A stretch of DNA of 64,000 bases from a virus (IMGVR_UViG_3300028887_000069:52898-116897), one strand, 5' to 3'; shown: positions 48,476 to 59,189, counted from the stretch's first letter. Numbers and translations are program-made. The notes: generated by a model not told the origin, from the letters alone.

Positions 48476-48566
48476 AATGTTAAAAATTTGCAAGGTTCAA
48501 AAAAGTTTCATACCTTTGCACACGTAAGTTAATCAAAAGTACAACTAATAAAGAAAGGAGAACATT

Positions 48567-48740
48567 ATGGCAAAAGGAAAAAAATGCGTGGTTATAGGAA
48601 ACACCGCTTGGGGATATACCTCAACACCAAAGACGTGCAACTCCATAGCAGAGGCGGTTAGAGAGGGCAAAATGTGGTTCGCCTACCGTATCTTTGACAC
48701 TTGCGGAAACCTTATTAAAAGAGGATTTGGGGAGGATTGA
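48567..48740 (+). CDS. Small protein, 57 aa (manual call)
   Basis: EP+SD+ORF. Confidence 0.35.
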   Translation: MAKGKKCVVIGNTAWGYTSTPKTCNSIAEAVREGKMWFAYRIFDTCGNLIKRGFGED

Positions 48741-48768
48741 CCTATGGTTAGATTTTTGGAGGATTTAA

Positions 48769-49032
48769 GTGGGTGCTACACCCATAAGGAAAAGGGTGAC
48801 ATTGTACTGCACCCTATCAACGATGACCCCCTACAACGTAGCGTCTGCATACCTCAATGCGTTGAAAGAACGTGGCGAGTTCGATAAGGACGATATGAAC
48901 TGCAAAGAACTGCTTATATGCCTACACTCATTTTACTATGGCGGTTTTCGTACCGCAATTGAGTGTGCCTTGTACCTTGAACGCCAACCGATAGCGGTTG
49001 AAGTACCGCTTGGAGACCCCGTAGTTGAATAG
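48769..49032 (+). CDS. Small protein, 87 aa; GTG start in the track
   Basis: GGAGGA lies 7 nt upstream of the GTG; a terminator follows. Confidence 0.35.
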   Translation: MGATPIRKRVTLYCTLSTMTPYNVASAYLNALKERGEFDKDDMNCKELLICLHSFYYGGFRTAIECALYLERQPIAVEVPLGDPVVE

Positions 49033-49053
49033 ACATTATTTCTCATCTTTTTT

Positions 49054-49086
49054 CCCCTCACACCGAAAGGCGTGGGGTTTTTTTAT
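49054..49086 (+). terminator. Rho-independent terminator
   Basis: cccctcacac-cgaaagg-cgtgggg followed by T8. Confidence 0.6.
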
Positions 49087-49252
49087 TTGTTAAAATTCTT
49101 GCGTAATCCAAAAATAAGTGTTATATTTGCAAGTGTAAACGAGGGGGAGACCGACCGATAGGGTGGGAGAGGGCAAATGTTAAAAATTTGCGTATATGAA
49201 AAACTTTTCTTACCTTTGCATACGTCAAACAAATTAAAAGAAAGGAGACAAT

Positions 49253-49489
49253 ATGAAAATAAAGATTTTACACGATGACGGTTTGGTTTACACCCCTAAT
49301 TCAATAATGGATGCGGAGGAACTGATAAACGATTATAGGGAGATGCTTGACCCTCGTATCAATGATGAGGCAGAGCAACTGCAATGGTTCAATTCATTAT
49401 CAACTGAAAGTCAGTTAATGCACATTGGAACGATGTGGGGAATTGACTATGATGTATATTATGGTTTGGGATATAAAGAAAAGGAATAG
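49253..49489 (+). CDS. Small early protein, 78 aa
   Basis: EP+SD+ORF. Confidence 0.45.
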   Translation: MKIKILHDDGLVYTPNSIMDAEELINDYREMLDPRINDEAEQLQWFNSLSTESQLMHIGTMWGIDYDVYYGLGYKEKE

Positions 49490-49582
49490 TGTTAAAAATT
49501 TGCGTATATCAAAAATTAATCTTACCTTTGCACACGTAACAAACAAAAACAATTATTAACACATTAAAAGAAAGGAAACACA

Positions 49583-50323
49583 ATGGAAAAAATTAACTAC
49601 AAAGGATTTACAATCACAATTGACAATGACGAATATCCCTCGAACCCTCGTGAATGGGATGAGGTAGGCACTATCTACTCCAATCACCGAGACTATAACC
49701 CTGACGATTGCCGTATCAATACACTTATGGAAAAATACGATGTGGACAGTCTCGCTGACCTTACGGAGAAACTGACCGAGAACAAGGTGCCGTTTCTGCC
49801 CATATATGCCTACATTCACAGCGGTATCTCACTGAGTACATCCGACGACAAATATCCGTTCAACGACCGTTGGGATAGCGGACTTTTCGGACTGATTGTC
49901 GGTGACAAGAAAAAGTTTGAGGAGATTTATGTCTTTGGCGACATCAAGGACTATCTGCGTGACCAAGTGGAGTTGCTGAACAAATATTACAACAACGACT
50001 TCTATTGGTATGGTGTTGAGGATGATGAGGGTGACACGATAGACATTTGTGGTGGGTTTGGTTCAGAGGAGGACGCACTGAACGAGGCAAAGGCAAGCGT
50101 GGATGCGTGGTACGAGGACAACGAGAATGTGCTTGACAACCCATCGATACCAACAGACGAACTGAAACGAGTTTTCTTTGAATACGTCACCTCTTCACCG
50201 CAGTGGGGCAGGGAACTGATGGACAAGGTGGATGAAAAAACACTCCGTACTTTTCTCAAAGGACAGTTGAAAGAAATGCTGACAAAGGAGGTGGTTGCAA
50301 AGGAGTTTGCCGAGTGGGGCTGA
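49583..50323 (+). CDS. Acidic early protein, 246 aa
   Basis: EP+SD+ORF; strongly acidic. Confidence 0.45.
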   Translation: MEKINYKGFTITIDNDEYPSNPREWDEVGTIYSNHRDYNPDDCRINTLMEKYDVDSLADLTEKLTENKVPFLPIYAYIHSGISLSTSDDKYPFNDRWDSGLFGLIVGDKKKFEEIYVFGDIKDYLRDQVELLNKYYNNDFYWYGVEDDEGDTIDICGGFGSEEDALNEAKASVDAWYEDNENVLDNPSIPTDELKRVFFEYVTSSPQWGRELMDKVDEKTLRTFLKGQLKEMLTKEVVAKEFAEWG

Positions 50324-50432
50324 CAATAAGACACGATTGTGTCTTAATCTAACTGAAAGTTAAACTTTGTTAAACGTTTTGTAAATCCAGAAAATATTTG
50401 TATCTTTGCACACGTAAAACAACAAGAATGCT

Positions 50433-50933
50433 ATGCGGAAGAAATACACACACCCACCTATGAGCGTCATATCCTTTTCACCTACAACACGTTTGTTGGA
50501 AATGGTGAAAGGGTACGCAAACGCTGAACCGAGAGAGAATTTTAGCGAGGATGAACTGAACGCCTTTCTCCTACATAGAAAGGTATGCCGAGAGGTGCTT
50601 GACTTTCAAGCGACACACCCCGAAATGCCACTCTATGCTATTCTGTCTATTGGTATAACGACAGGTGCGTTCAAACACTCCGACTTTGTAAGAGGGTATC
50701 GCCACTTTGACAAAGAACGTGCCGAGTTTGTCCTTGAAATGGGCAAGTGGTACAACGGATATTTAGGATTGGGCAAGAAACCGTCCGACACTACATATAG
50801 AATTGTAAACAAGTTCTACAAGACTACTTCACAATCCAAAAGAGAGTTCAAGTACAGAGTGAAGAAAGCGTATGAACTTGACGGAAAGCGAGGACATTAT
50901 CCTAAACTTTGCCAATCAATAGGTTGCTTATAG
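50433..50933 (+). CDS. Early protein, 166 aa
   Basis: EP+ORF; no SD; a terminator follows. Confidence 0.4.
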   Translation: MRKKYTHPPMSVISFSPTTRLLEMVKGYANAEPRENFSEDELNAFLLHRKVCREVLDFQATHPEMPLYAILSIGITTGAFKHSDFVRGYRHFDKERAEFVLEMGKWYNGYLGLGKKPSDTTYRIVNKFYKTTSQSKREFKYRVKKAYELDGKRGHYPKLCQSIGCL

Positions 50934-50957
50934 TTTAATGTGTTTAGTTGTTACTGA

Positions 50958-50988
50958 GACCCTACACCGCAAGGTGTGGGGTTTTTTA
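50958..50988 (+). terminator. Rho-independent terminator
   Basis: ccctacacc-gcaa-ggtgtgggg followed by T6. Confidence 0.65.
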
Positions 50989-51163
50989 TTTTGTTCCCCT
51001 TTAACACTTGCAAATATAACACTTTTATTTGGTTTGGGGAAATTTTTAACACTTCTCCATAAAGATTTTTTCCGTGCTTGAAATTAATTGTTAAAATTCT
51101 TCTCCATGTCAAAAACATTGCTTATCTTTGCAAACGTAAACAATCAAAGAAAGGAGAAACAAT

Positions 51164-51379
51164 ATGAAAAAAGCACCTAACACAATCAAGATTGACGGAC
51201 ACACCTACAACAAATGCTACATCAGCAAGGAACAATGGGACGAGTGCATAACCCCTTGTATTTTCTGCAACGGCAAAGTTCAAGAGGATTGCTCAAAGAA
51301 AATCAACTTCTGCCACGCAAACGAAGAACACGCTTGCTATGTGGACTTGGGGGCAATCTATGGTGAAGACGAAGACTGA
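51164..51379 (+). CDS. Cys-rich small protein, 71 aa
   Basis: EP+SD+ORF; multiple C pairs suggest a possible zinc-binding protein. Confidence 0.45.
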   Translation: MKKAPNTIKIDGHTYNKCYISKEQWDECITPCIFCNGKVQEDCSKKINFCHANEEHACYVDLGAIYGEDED

Positions 51380-51404
51380 ACAATCCAAAAGAAAGGAGAC
51401 AATT

Positions 51405-51725
51405 ATGATTAAGAGCAACAAGGAAAAGGCAATGCAAAAACTCTTCAATGAGTATGAGAAGATAATGAAAAACTATATCCGTAAACACGGAAAAAACGTC
51501 AAGGGCGTTGGGAAAGAATTCAACTTGGTGGATGAGTTGGACTTATACGTTGAATGCTTAACCGATAGCATAAGCAGACCGACAATCCTATCCCTCAAAC
51601 TCTGCAACGGTTATGTATTCTACGATACTGCGTTCGACCCTTGCCGTTTTGAGCCGACCACCGAGGGACTTTATATGATGGGGCAGATTTGCGACCAAAT
51701 GGAAAAGGATGAGAACGAGGATTAA
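51405..51725 (+). CDS. Small early protein, 106 aa
   Basis: SD+ORF; start trimmed. Confidence 0.45.
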   Translation: MIKSNKEKAMQKLFNEYEKIMKNYIRKHGKNVKGVGKEFNLVDELDLYVECLTDSISRPTILSLKLCNGYVFYDTAFDPCRFEPTTEGLYMMGQICDQMEKDENED

Positions 51726-51806
51726 TCCAAATGTTAAAATGCTTTGTTAGTTCAAAAATTAATCTTACCTTTGCAAGTGTAAACAATTAAAGAAAGGAGA
51801 AACACT

Positions 51807-52013
51807 ATGAAAAAAGTATCTGCAAGGGGTATAAAGTTCCCCATCAGCAAAACCAATCGAAACGGTGAAACGGTACTCATTACAAAAGATGTGTGCGAGG
51901 GTAAGACAGTTTATCTTCTGAATGTCAATAACGGAGCGTTCAAATACACAAGTTCAAACTTTGAAAAGTGTTTGGGCTATAGTGGATTGCCAATCCACGA
52001 TATTAAATGTTAA
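51807..52013 (+). CDS. Small early protein, 68 aa
   Basis: EP+SD+ORF. Confidence 0.45.
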   Translation: MKKVSARGIKFPISKTNRNGETVLITKDVCEGKTVYLLNVNNGAFKYTSSNFEKCLGYSGLPIHDIKC

Positions 52014-52098
52014 AAATTTGGTGGATTGAAAAATTCTTCTTACCTTTGCAAACGTAACAAACACGAAACAATAACACATTAAAAGAAAGGAGCAAACT

Positions 52099-52650
52099 AT
52101 GATTAGAAACATTAACACCGAGAAAGAACAAGTTACAATCTATATGATGTTCTACCCTATCAGTTGGGGGAGACATTGCTTTGACTTCTGTGACGAAAAG
52201 CAGGTCATTGAGAAAGTCAAGGAGTGGGGCAAGGACAAAGTGACTTTCTGCAAGTGGGCGGATATGGACGTGGACGATGACGGAGACTGCCGAGTTGCGG
52301 AGTTAGACAGCGATTGGTTCAACGATTGGGATGATGACCCAATCTATGCGGACGGAGACGCTGACGATGAGAGAGAGGACAAAAAGAGTGCGTTGGAGAC
52401 TATCGGACAGACCGAGGAATTTGTCAAGTCGCATTGGTGCTTGGCGGTCACAGAGGGTGTGAAAGACGGAATAGTCTATCCGATTGAACACGTTGTCGAG
52501 ACCGATGGCATTGAGGACAAGGTGCTTGAATACAAGGACGGAACGTTCACCGCCTTTTGGTTGGATGAGGACAACGAAATCCAACACGCAGAGAGCAAAA
52601 GTCTTGACGGAGCAAAAAAGGCATTGAAAAAGGCACACGGCAAATGTTAA
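52099..52650 (+). CDS. Acidic early protein, 183 aa
   Basis: EP+SD+ORF; Asp-rich. Confidence 0.45.
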   Translation: MIRNINTEKEQVTIYMMFYPISWGRHCFDFCDEKQVIEKVKEWGKDKVTFCKWADMDVDDDGDCRVAELDSDWFNDWDDDPIYADGDADDEREDKKSALETIGQTEEFVKSHWCLAVTEGVKDGIVYPIEHVVETDGIEDKVLEYKDGTFTAFWLDEDNEIQHAESKSLDGAKKALKKAHGKC

Positions 52651-52736
52651 AAATTTGGTCAATCAAAAAAAGTTGCTTATCTTTGCAAACGTAAACAAAC
52701 AAGAAAGTATAAACAAATAAAAGAAAGGAGACAATT

Positions 52737-52925
52737 ATGGCAAAAACATTCACAGTTAGCGTTCTTTATGAAACGAGAGTAAATATCACCGTCACCGCAG
52801 AGGACAGAGACCAAGCAAGGGAACTCGCCTATGCCGAAATGGATGCAATGGACGATGCGGACGTGGCAAAGGAAATGTTTGACAACCGTGACCTTTTGGG
52901 AACGGACATTGAAGAAAACGACTAA
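52737..52925 (+). CDS. Small acidic protein, 62 aa
   Basis: EP+SD+ORF. Confidence 0.45.
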   Translation: MAKTFTVSVLYETRVNITVTAEDRDQARELAYAEMDAMDDADVAKEMFDNRDLLGTDIEEND

Positions 52926-52942
52926 AAAAGAAAGGAGACAAT

Positions 52943-53233
52943 ATGAGAATTACAAAGAAAATCGCTCAATTGATAGACCTCTATGACGACAACACCGAGT
53001 TTGGAGGTAAGTCACACGCAAACGAAATGCTTGACGAATTTATGGGGGACTGTGAACTCCCCTACGGAACGAGTTTGACAAGGGTAAATGACGCTCTCAT
53101 AGAATGTGGACTGATGCCCTACGCAAGCGAGGAAATCAAGGCACTTATCAAGGTAAACAAAAAGTTTGACGAGTTGGGAATGCGGCCCTGCACCCTCAAT
53201 AAACTACGTAACCTCAAACCAAGTAAAATGTAA
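52943..53233 (+). CDS. Small early protein, 96 aa
   Basis: SD+ORF. Confidence 0.45.
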   Translation: MRITKKIAQLIDLYDDNTEFGGKSHANEMLDEFMGDCELPYGTSLTRVNDALIECGLMPYASEEIKALIKVNKKFDELGMRPCTLNKLRNLKPSKM

Positions 53234-53258
53234 AACAAATAAAAGAAAGGAGAACATT

Positions 53259-53501
53259 ATGACAACAATACTGACAAACAAATACGGAAAAACGACCTAT
53301 TCATATCCTCACACCATCGAGGGTATCGGTATCGTGGAAATGAACGGCACAAACGAGACAATGCAGACGCACATCTGCAAACCGAACTCAATTAAAACAC
53401 TATACACGCTGAACGCCTATTGGTGGGATTTGGACACCATCAATGACCTCATAGGCAAAAACACAAAGGACATCAAGGAAGCCTTTAGAAACGCTTGGTA
53501 A
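53259..53501 (+). CDS. Small early protein, 80 aa
   Basis: SD+ORF; start trimmed; a terminator follows. Confidence 0.45.
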   Translation: MTTILTNKYGKTTYSYPHTIEGIGIVEMNGTNETMQTHICKPNSIKTLYTLNAYWWDLDTINDLIGKNTKDIKEAFRNAW

Positions 53502-53530
53502 ATCCTTTCTACCTACTTTCATATTTGTGA

Positions 53531-53559
53531 CCCTGCGTCTTTATGACGTGGGGTTTTTT
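53531..53559 (+). terminator. Rho-independent terminator
   Basis: ccctgcgtc-tttatg-acgtgggg followed by T6. Confidence 0.55.
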
Positions 53560-53746
53560 ATTTGTTAAAATGCTTGCACAGTCCAAAAATAAGTGTTATA
53601 TTTGCAAATGTTAAAGGGAACAGAACATACCTATCCTACGCCCTCTAAAAAATAAAGTGTTAAAAATTTTTTTATGTGTAAACTATTTCTTACCTTTGCA
53701 TACGTCAATTCAAACAAAGTATAACATTAAAAGAAAGGAAAACAAT

Positions 53747-54289
53747 ATGGAACAGAAAGCAAAAAGAAACGGAAAATTCATCTGCACCCGTGATGTCAAG
53801 ATTTTACCCTTTGACCTCAACACCGCACATTGGGGTTTGGACAAAGTTATTGAGACCATCGGCAAGGCAAACATTGTCTCAGTTGAGAAGAACGAGAACG
53901 AGGTGCTTGACCGTATGTACGCAAACATAAAGACAGAGTACACAATCAAACTCAACTGCAAGCCCGACATCTATCGTGACTACGACAAGAACGATATTTT
54001 CGGAGTTAAGTATATGTCACGCAAAATGGTGAACCCTACAATCGTCATTACCATCTACAACCAAGAGGGCGTTGAATGCGAGGGTTCAAGCAGACTTGAA
54101 ACGCAGTTTGAGGCGTGGGTGCGGTTCTACGGAGTAAAGGAAAGACGCAAATACGGAAAGCGTTGGGAATGCTACGACAACAAACACCACTTTGGATATG
54201 CCTACGGAATGGACACCCTCTTTGAAGAAAGTATAATCCCATCGGTTGAGGAGTTTGTCAATGCACACAAACCGCTTTTGGGGAAGTGA
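53747..54289 (+). CDS. Early protein, 180 aa
   Basis: EP+SD+ORF; start trimmed. Confidence 0.45.
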   Translation: MEQKAKRNGKFICTRDVKILPFDLNTAHWGLDKVIETIGKANIVSVEKNENEVLDRMYANIKTEYTIKLNCKPDIYRDYDKNDIFGVKYMSRKMVNPTIVITIYNQEGVECEGSSRLETQFEAWVRFYGVKERRKYGKRWECYDNKHHFGYAYGMDTLFEESIIPSVEEFVNAHKPLLGK

Positions 54290-54391
54290 AAAATTAAATG
54301 TTAAAATGCTTGCAAGGGTGGGATTTTCTTCTTACCTTTGCAAGCGTAAACAAACAAGAAAGTATAAACAATCTAAAAGAAAGGAGACACT

Positions 54392-54745
54392 ATGAACAAT
54401 ATGCAAGAATGGATTAACGACTGCATCGGACTTTGGGACGGTGGAGAATACCTTGACGAGATTGAGAAATCGTTTGGTATCAACTACGACCCATCGGACG
54501 ATGAAACCCTTAACCTCATCAAAATGTGTTTTGAATGCAATCCGGAACGCCCCGAGATTGCAAACGCAATAGCAAGCGAAATGTACCGACTTGTCATTGA
54601 ACGTGCGGTAGATGAACTTGGGGCAAAGGAAGAGGATTTTGACTACTTCTGCAATGGCAAGTACGACACCGACCTCACTTGCGAGGGGGAGACCGTGAAC
54701 GATTGGGATGAGATTGTGGCACTCTATGAAAAGAAGAAAAAATAA
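54392..54745 (+). CDS. Small acidic protein, 117 aa
   Basis: EP+SD+ORF. Confidence 0.45.
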   Translation: MNNMQEWINDCIGLWDGGEYLDEIEKSFGINYDPSDDETLNLIKMCFECNPERPEIANAIASEMYRLVIERAVDELGAKEEDFDYFCNGKYDTDLTCEGETVNDWDEIVALYEKKKK

Positions 54746-54820
54746 ATTGTTAAAAATTTGCACAATCCAAAAAAATGTTTTACCTTTGCATACGTAATCA
54801 ATCAAAGAAAGGAGTATAAT

Positions 54821-54982
54821 ATGAAAAAGAACACGCACACAATCGTTGAAACCGCCTATGGCGAGGTTATGGTGAAATCCAATGGCGAATGCTACATTGG
54901 AGACAACTTTGACGACTACATAGGGGAAATCAACCCAAAACGCAACCTTGAAAGGCAGATTGAAAAACTGCTTGGCGAATAA
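54821..54982 (+). CDS. Small protein, 53 aa
   Basis: EP+SD+ORF; start trimmed. Confidence 0.4.
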   Translation: MKKNTHTIVETAYGEVMVKSNGECYIGDNFDDYIGEINPKRNLERQIEKLLGE

Positions 54983-55025
54983 ACAATCAATCAAAGTATA
55001 AACACATTAAAGAAAGGAGACAACT

Positions 55026-55397
55026 ATGAACGAGAAAGACATTAAAAAGGAACTCAACAAAGTGGATGCGTATTGGAAATCGGAACGCAAATACCGTGAC
55101 AAGTTCGGTTTGAAAATCAAGGAACTGCTTGAAGAACACGGAGAGGTCAAGTTTGATTGGGAAGAGGGAAACGCCCCAAGTGTCGTTTCAGCACACTTTG
55201 GCGATGATGTTGCCGACTGCTACGTTACGAGAGTTGGTTTTAACGAAAACGGTTCTATCGTCTGCGACCTACACGCCTACTACATTGGCGAGGACCGCTG
55301 CAACGTCTCAATAGACGATGTATGTTGCACGGCTGCCGACTATGTGGGCATACTATCCGAAATGTTGCAGACGATGCTCTACGAAAACGAGGAATAA
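55026..55397 (+). CDS. Small early protein, 123 aa
   Basis: SD+ORF, with a terminator downstream. Confidence 0.45.
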   Translation: MNEKDIKKELNKVDAYWKSERKYRDKFGLKIKELLEEHGEVKFDWEEGNAPSVVSAHFGDDVADCYVTRVGFNENGSIVCDLHAYYIGEDRCNVSIDDVCCTAADYVGILSEMLQTMLYENEE

Positions 55398-55428
55398 CAC
55401 TTTATTTCATAACATTTATTGCAAAGTA

Positions 55429-55466
55429 ACCCCTACGCTGAAAGGCGTGGGGGTCTTCGTTTTTTG
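55429..55466 (+). terminator. Rho-independent terminator
   Basis: cccctacgc-tgaaag-gcgtggggg followed by a T-tract. Confidence 0.6.
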
Positions 55467-55653
55467 TTAAAAATTTGCGCAATCCAAAAATAAGTGTTAT
55501 ATTTGCAAATGTTAAAGGGAGACAAACACACAACACCCTCATTTCATATAGATTGAAATTAAATGTTAAAATGCTTTGTCAGTTCAAAAATTAATCTTAC
55601 CTTTGCAAACGTAATCAAACAAAGATATTAACCTATTAAAGAAAGGAGACATT

Positions 55654-55914
55654 ATGAAAAAATACATAATAAGCGGTGATAAGGGAAACATTGAAAATTT
55701 TATGGATAACGCTAATTGGATTGGTTTTTTCAATAGTCTCCATTGCGTTATGGCCTGCGAACGCATAGATGACAACAGACTTCTTCTGTCTTTCAGTTTG
55801 CCCCGTCATTATATGCTTGACATTCCTACCGAAAAGGAAAAGACGTTAGCCGAAATGATTGAAAAAGAATGCAAGTCTTTCAATGTGACACCAAAAGAGG
55901 AGAAAGAATGTTAA
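55654..55914 (+). CDS. Small early protein, 86 aa
   Basis: EP+SD+ORF. Confidence 0.45.
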   Translation: MKKYIISGDKGNIENFMDNANWIGFFNSLHCVMACERIDDNRLLLSFSLPRHYMLDIPTEKEKTLAEMIEKECKSFNVTPKEEKEC

Positions 55915-55999
55915 AAATTTGCAAGGTTCAAATATTTTGCTTACCTTTGCATACGTAAACAAACAAAGATATTAAACCTATTAAAGAAAGGAGAACATT

Positions 56000-56311
56000 A
56001 TGGTAAAAATCACAATTATTGCAGATGACTACTATGTAGCACAGAACCTCTACGACATCGCCTCTATGGTGGAAAACAACGACATCCTTGATGAGGTCTA
56101 TGACGGAAAAAAGAACAAAATTGAGATTGCAGAGTACAACTGCACGATTGAGCGTGTGGACGAGACCGACAAACCTACCTACACTTGCCCTCATTGCGGA
56201 GAGCCGCTTGAACAAGGCGACTATGAGTACGACTACGAAAGCGGTGAACTGCGAGTGGCACATTGCCCCAACTGCGGTTGCGAGGGAGAGAAAATAGATA
56301 CTAACGACTAA
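56000..56311 (+). CDS. Small zinc-ribbon protein, 103 aa
   Basis: EP+SD+ORF; CPHCG...CPNCGC. Confidence 0.45.
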   Translation: MVKITIIADDYYVAQNLYDIASMVENNDILDEVYDGKKNKIEIAEYNCTIERVDETDKPTYTCPHCGEPLEQGDYEYDYESGELRVAHCPNCGCEGEKIDTND

Positions 56312-56332
56312 AAAAAGAAAGGAGAACAGACT

Positions 56333-56584
56333 ATGTACGAAAGAGAATACAAAATCAAGGACATCGAGTTCAAGAACAACGGAAAGGTTAAGGACAGAGA
56401 GGTGATAGTCACCCTTGACAACGACACCGAAATCCATATCACATCCTGCTATGAGAGTTGGCAACAGTGGGGAGGAACAAGAGACGAGTTGGGGACAACG
56501 GTGGACGTTGCAGAGTATGCAAACGATTGGTTGCACGGCATTGGGGAAATCCCTTGTGAAGTGTACGACTTCATAGACGAATAA
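56333..56584 (+). CDS. Small early protein, 83 aa
   Basis: SD+ORF. Confidence 0.45.
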   Translation: MYEREYKIKDIEFKNNGKVKDREVIVTLDNDTEIHITSCYESWQQWGGTRDELGTTVDVAEYANDWLHGIGEIPCEVYDFIDE

Positions 56585-56631
56585 TAAGACACGATTGTGT
56601 CTTGAACAATCTAAAAAGAAAGGAGAACATT

Positions 56632-56898
56632 ATGGATAAGAGATATATCATAAAACAAAGTATGTGGCGTTACCTACGCGACTGCCACTGCCTTACGATT
56701 GAGGGCAAGGAATGTGACGAGGAGGTCGATTGCCTTGAACTGATGGGCAACAAACTCTACTATGACGAGGGCAACGAAGAGATAAAGGTAATAAACGGTC
56801 TTGACGGTCGTGAATACTTTTGGAGCGAACTCAACGAGGACGAGCAGAACCAACTCATTGACGCTTTCGAGGACTACTACACCACGTACAAAGATTAA
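56632..56898 (+). CDS. Small early protein, 88 aa
   Basis: SD+ORF; start trimmed. Confidence 0.45.
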   Translation: MDKRYIIKQSMWRYLRDCHCLTIEGKECDEEVDCLELMGNKLYYDEGNEEIKVINGLDGREYFWSELNEDEQNQLIDAFEDYYTTYKD

Positions 56899-56990
56899 AT
56901 GTTAAAAATTTGTGTACGTGAAAAATCTTTCTTACCTTTGCATACGTCAATTCAAACAAACAATAACCTATTAAAGAAAGGAGAAAAACT

Positions 56991-57149
56991 ATGGAAGACA
57001 TTAAAAAAGAACTTGAAGAAATCAAACGTACCCTCAACGAGGAGGCGAGAATTTGCGAGACTATGCTCAACGGCAACGAGTGTTGGACTGAGGTGGACTG
57101 CAACGTTATCATTGACCTTGCAAAGAGACTAAACAAAATCAATCTTTAA
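56991..57149 (+). CDS. Small protein, 52 aa (manual call)
   Basis: EP+SD+ORF. Confidence 0.35.
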   Translation: MEDIKKELEEIKRTLNEEARICETMLNGNECWTEVDCNVIIDLAKRLNKINL

Positions 57150-57175
57150 CCCATAGAAAAGAAAGGAAACGCACA

Positions 57176-57748
57176 ATGAGTACAACAATGACAAAATCAA
57201 CCCCTTGGTATAACCCATTTACCTTGACTTATCCGAATTCACTCTATGGAGTTGAAATACACAACATTGTCTTCTACAAGGACGGAAAGGTCGTTGCTAC
57301 AACAAAGTGGTTCACGAACAACAACGAGTTCAGACTTGTCGTACTGCCCTTTGACGTGAAACGTGCCAATAAACTTAACCTTGACCGCAAAGACGCTTTC
57401 ACTATCAAACCCCAAAATGGTTGGTGCGATGGTTACGACCTCTACATACACGCTGACCTTATACCCTCTCTTAAAACGCTTGGTCGCATTGATGGACGTA
57501 AGACTTGGTATAACACCGAGACGCACGAAACCTTTGAAATTACACTGCACGGACAAAAAGACGGTGACACCGAGATAAAAGACCACACGCTCCGTTTCGA
57601 CTGCAACTATGAGTTCACCGACACGGACGAATACAAGAAATGCGTCAAACTCTGCAAGGATATGAAAGAGACTTGCGGTGCTGACATAAGCGAGTACCGA
57701 ATGCACGAAATACTGCAACACTACAACATCACGAAGAAGAGAAAGTAA
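57176..57748 (+). CDS. Early protein, 190 aa
   Basis: SD+ORF, with a terminator downstream. Confidence 0.45.
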   Translation: MSTTMTKSTPWYNPFTLTYPNSLYGVEIHNIVFYKDGKVVATTKWFTNNNEFRLVVLPFDVKRANKLNLDRKDAFTIKPQNGWCDGYDLYIHADLIPSLKTLGRIDGRKTWYNTETHETFEITLHGQKDGDTEIKDHTLRFDCNYEFTDTDEYKKCVKLCKDMKETCGADISEYRMHEILQHYNITKKRK

Positions 57749-57772
57749 CCCATAGTTCACTCCTTTTATATG

Positions 57773-57808
57773 TGCCGTCTGCCCTTGATTGGGCGGGCGG
57801 TTTTTTAT
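57773..57808 (+). terminator. Rho-independent terminator
   Basis: GC-rich imperfect hairpin ccgtctgccc...gggcgggcgg followed by T6. Confidence 0.55.
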
Positions 57809-57946
57809 TTGTTAAAAATTTGGCCGTTCCAAATATAATCGTTATATTTGCAAACGTTAAAGAGCAAAAAACCACTTAACCCTTGCATACGCAAAGATTA
57901 TTTTTTTTCATATAGATTAAAATAAATTGTTAAAAATTTGGTCCAT

Positions 57947-57968
57947 TCAAAAATTTATCTTACCTTTG
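57947..57968 (+). promoter_or_regulatory. Early promoter of the same family
   Basis: aaaaaTTTGgtccattcaaaaatttatctTAccTTTGcaaatgtcaa. Confidence 0.65.
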
Positions 57969-58017
57969 CAAATGTCAATTAAGATAAAACATTAACCTAT
58001 AAAAGAAAGGAGACAAT

Positions 58018-58494
58018 ATGAACTACAAGAAATTCTTTGACCGCACCTGTTACCACGTTGAAACCATCGACGGCAAGAAGTACGTACACATTGACGGTTA
58101 CGTGTACAACAACGGAGACGGAAATATGCTGACACAGTTTATCGGTGCCACCATATCCGTTGAGGAACTGCAAAAGACAAACGACCGTTTTGAGGACGTT
58201 GAAGACCTTTTTATGCGAACCTACGATGAAGTGTCCGACAAGGAGATTGAGACCTATTTCCGCAACATCAAGGAGTTCCCTATGGATATGGTGACAGAGG
58301 AAATCCCAAACGGTTGGTACGTGGATAAGAATTGGCACTCTGTGGCACAGTCGCTCTGCACTGACCTTGACAATGACGTGAACGATGTCGCAAGGCGTCT
58401 CAAGGCGTATGCGGAAGACAACAACCTCACGATAGAGGAAGTGGACGATATGTGTTGGGAAAACTCCTCCAATATGTTTAACGAGATAATGTAA
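58018..58494 (+). CDS. Early protein, 158 aa
   Basis: EP+SD+ORF. Confidence 0.45.
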   Translation: MNYKKFFDRTCYHVETIDGKKYVHIDGYVYNNGDGNMLTQFIGATISVEELQKTNDRFEDVEDLFMRTYDEVSDKEIETYFRNIKEFPMDMVTEEIPNGWYVDKNWHSVAQSLCTDLDNDVNDVARRLKAYAEDNNLTIEEVDDMCWENSSNMFNEIM

Positions 58495-58616
58495 GTTTTT
58501 TGTTAAAACGCTTGCACATATCAAAAATTAATCTTACCTTTGCAAGTGTAATCAAATAAGACACGATTGTGTCCTACATAAACAAAGTATAACAATCTAA
58601 AAGAAAGGAGAACACT

Positions 58617-59189
58617 ATGGCAAACATCGCAAACACACTCTATCGTATCGTTGGAGACGATGCAATCCTCACAAAGGTTGAAAATTCATTAAAGGTTGGA
58701 ATGTCACTGCAAGAGGTGTTGTCCTCACTCGGTTGCAAGGACTTCAAAGGTTACGCAAAGGGTGAAATCGTATGGATTGAGAATGACCCCGAGGGTCTTT
58801 GGATTGACCTACACGCTGACACTGCGTGGAACGAGAACCCCGACTTTATCAACGCTCTCAAAAAGGCGATAGACTGCATCGTGGGGTATCACTGCGAGGA
58901 GCCTGGTTGCGACTACTACGCAACAAACATTTCAGACGCAATTTGGGGCGAGTACGTTGCCGATGGCATAGACGGAACAACCGAGTACTACAAGACCTTT
59001 GAGGAAATGAAAGCGAACATTGTGGAAAGTCTCGCACTTGAACTTGCCTTTGAGGAGAATGACGGTCACGATGACGCATTCAAGACCTTTGACGGTATGA
59101 AAGATTGGTTGGAGAACTACTACACCAAACACAAGGACTACGACCCAATCACAATCCATCACTTTGACATTATTGACCCAATCATATAA
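58617..59189 (+). CDS. Acidic early protein, 190 aa
   Basis: EP+SD+ORF; the hairpin motif sits in the 5'UTR. Confidence 0.45.
   Translation: MANIANTLYRIVGDDAILTKVENSLKVGMSLQEVLSSLGCKDFKGYAKGEIVWIENDPEGLWIDLHADTAWNENPDFINALKKAIDCIVGYHCEEPGCDYYATNISDAIWGEYVADGIDGTTEYYKTFEEMKANIVESLALELAFEENDGHDDAFKTFDGMKDWLENYYTKHKDYDPITIHHFDIIDPII

Noticed and set aside
56899-57132. Track ORF MLKICVREKSFLPLHTSIQTNNNL...
   Set aside because: It is read through promoter and SD sequence in the wrong frame. The real gene is 56991-57149 in another frame.
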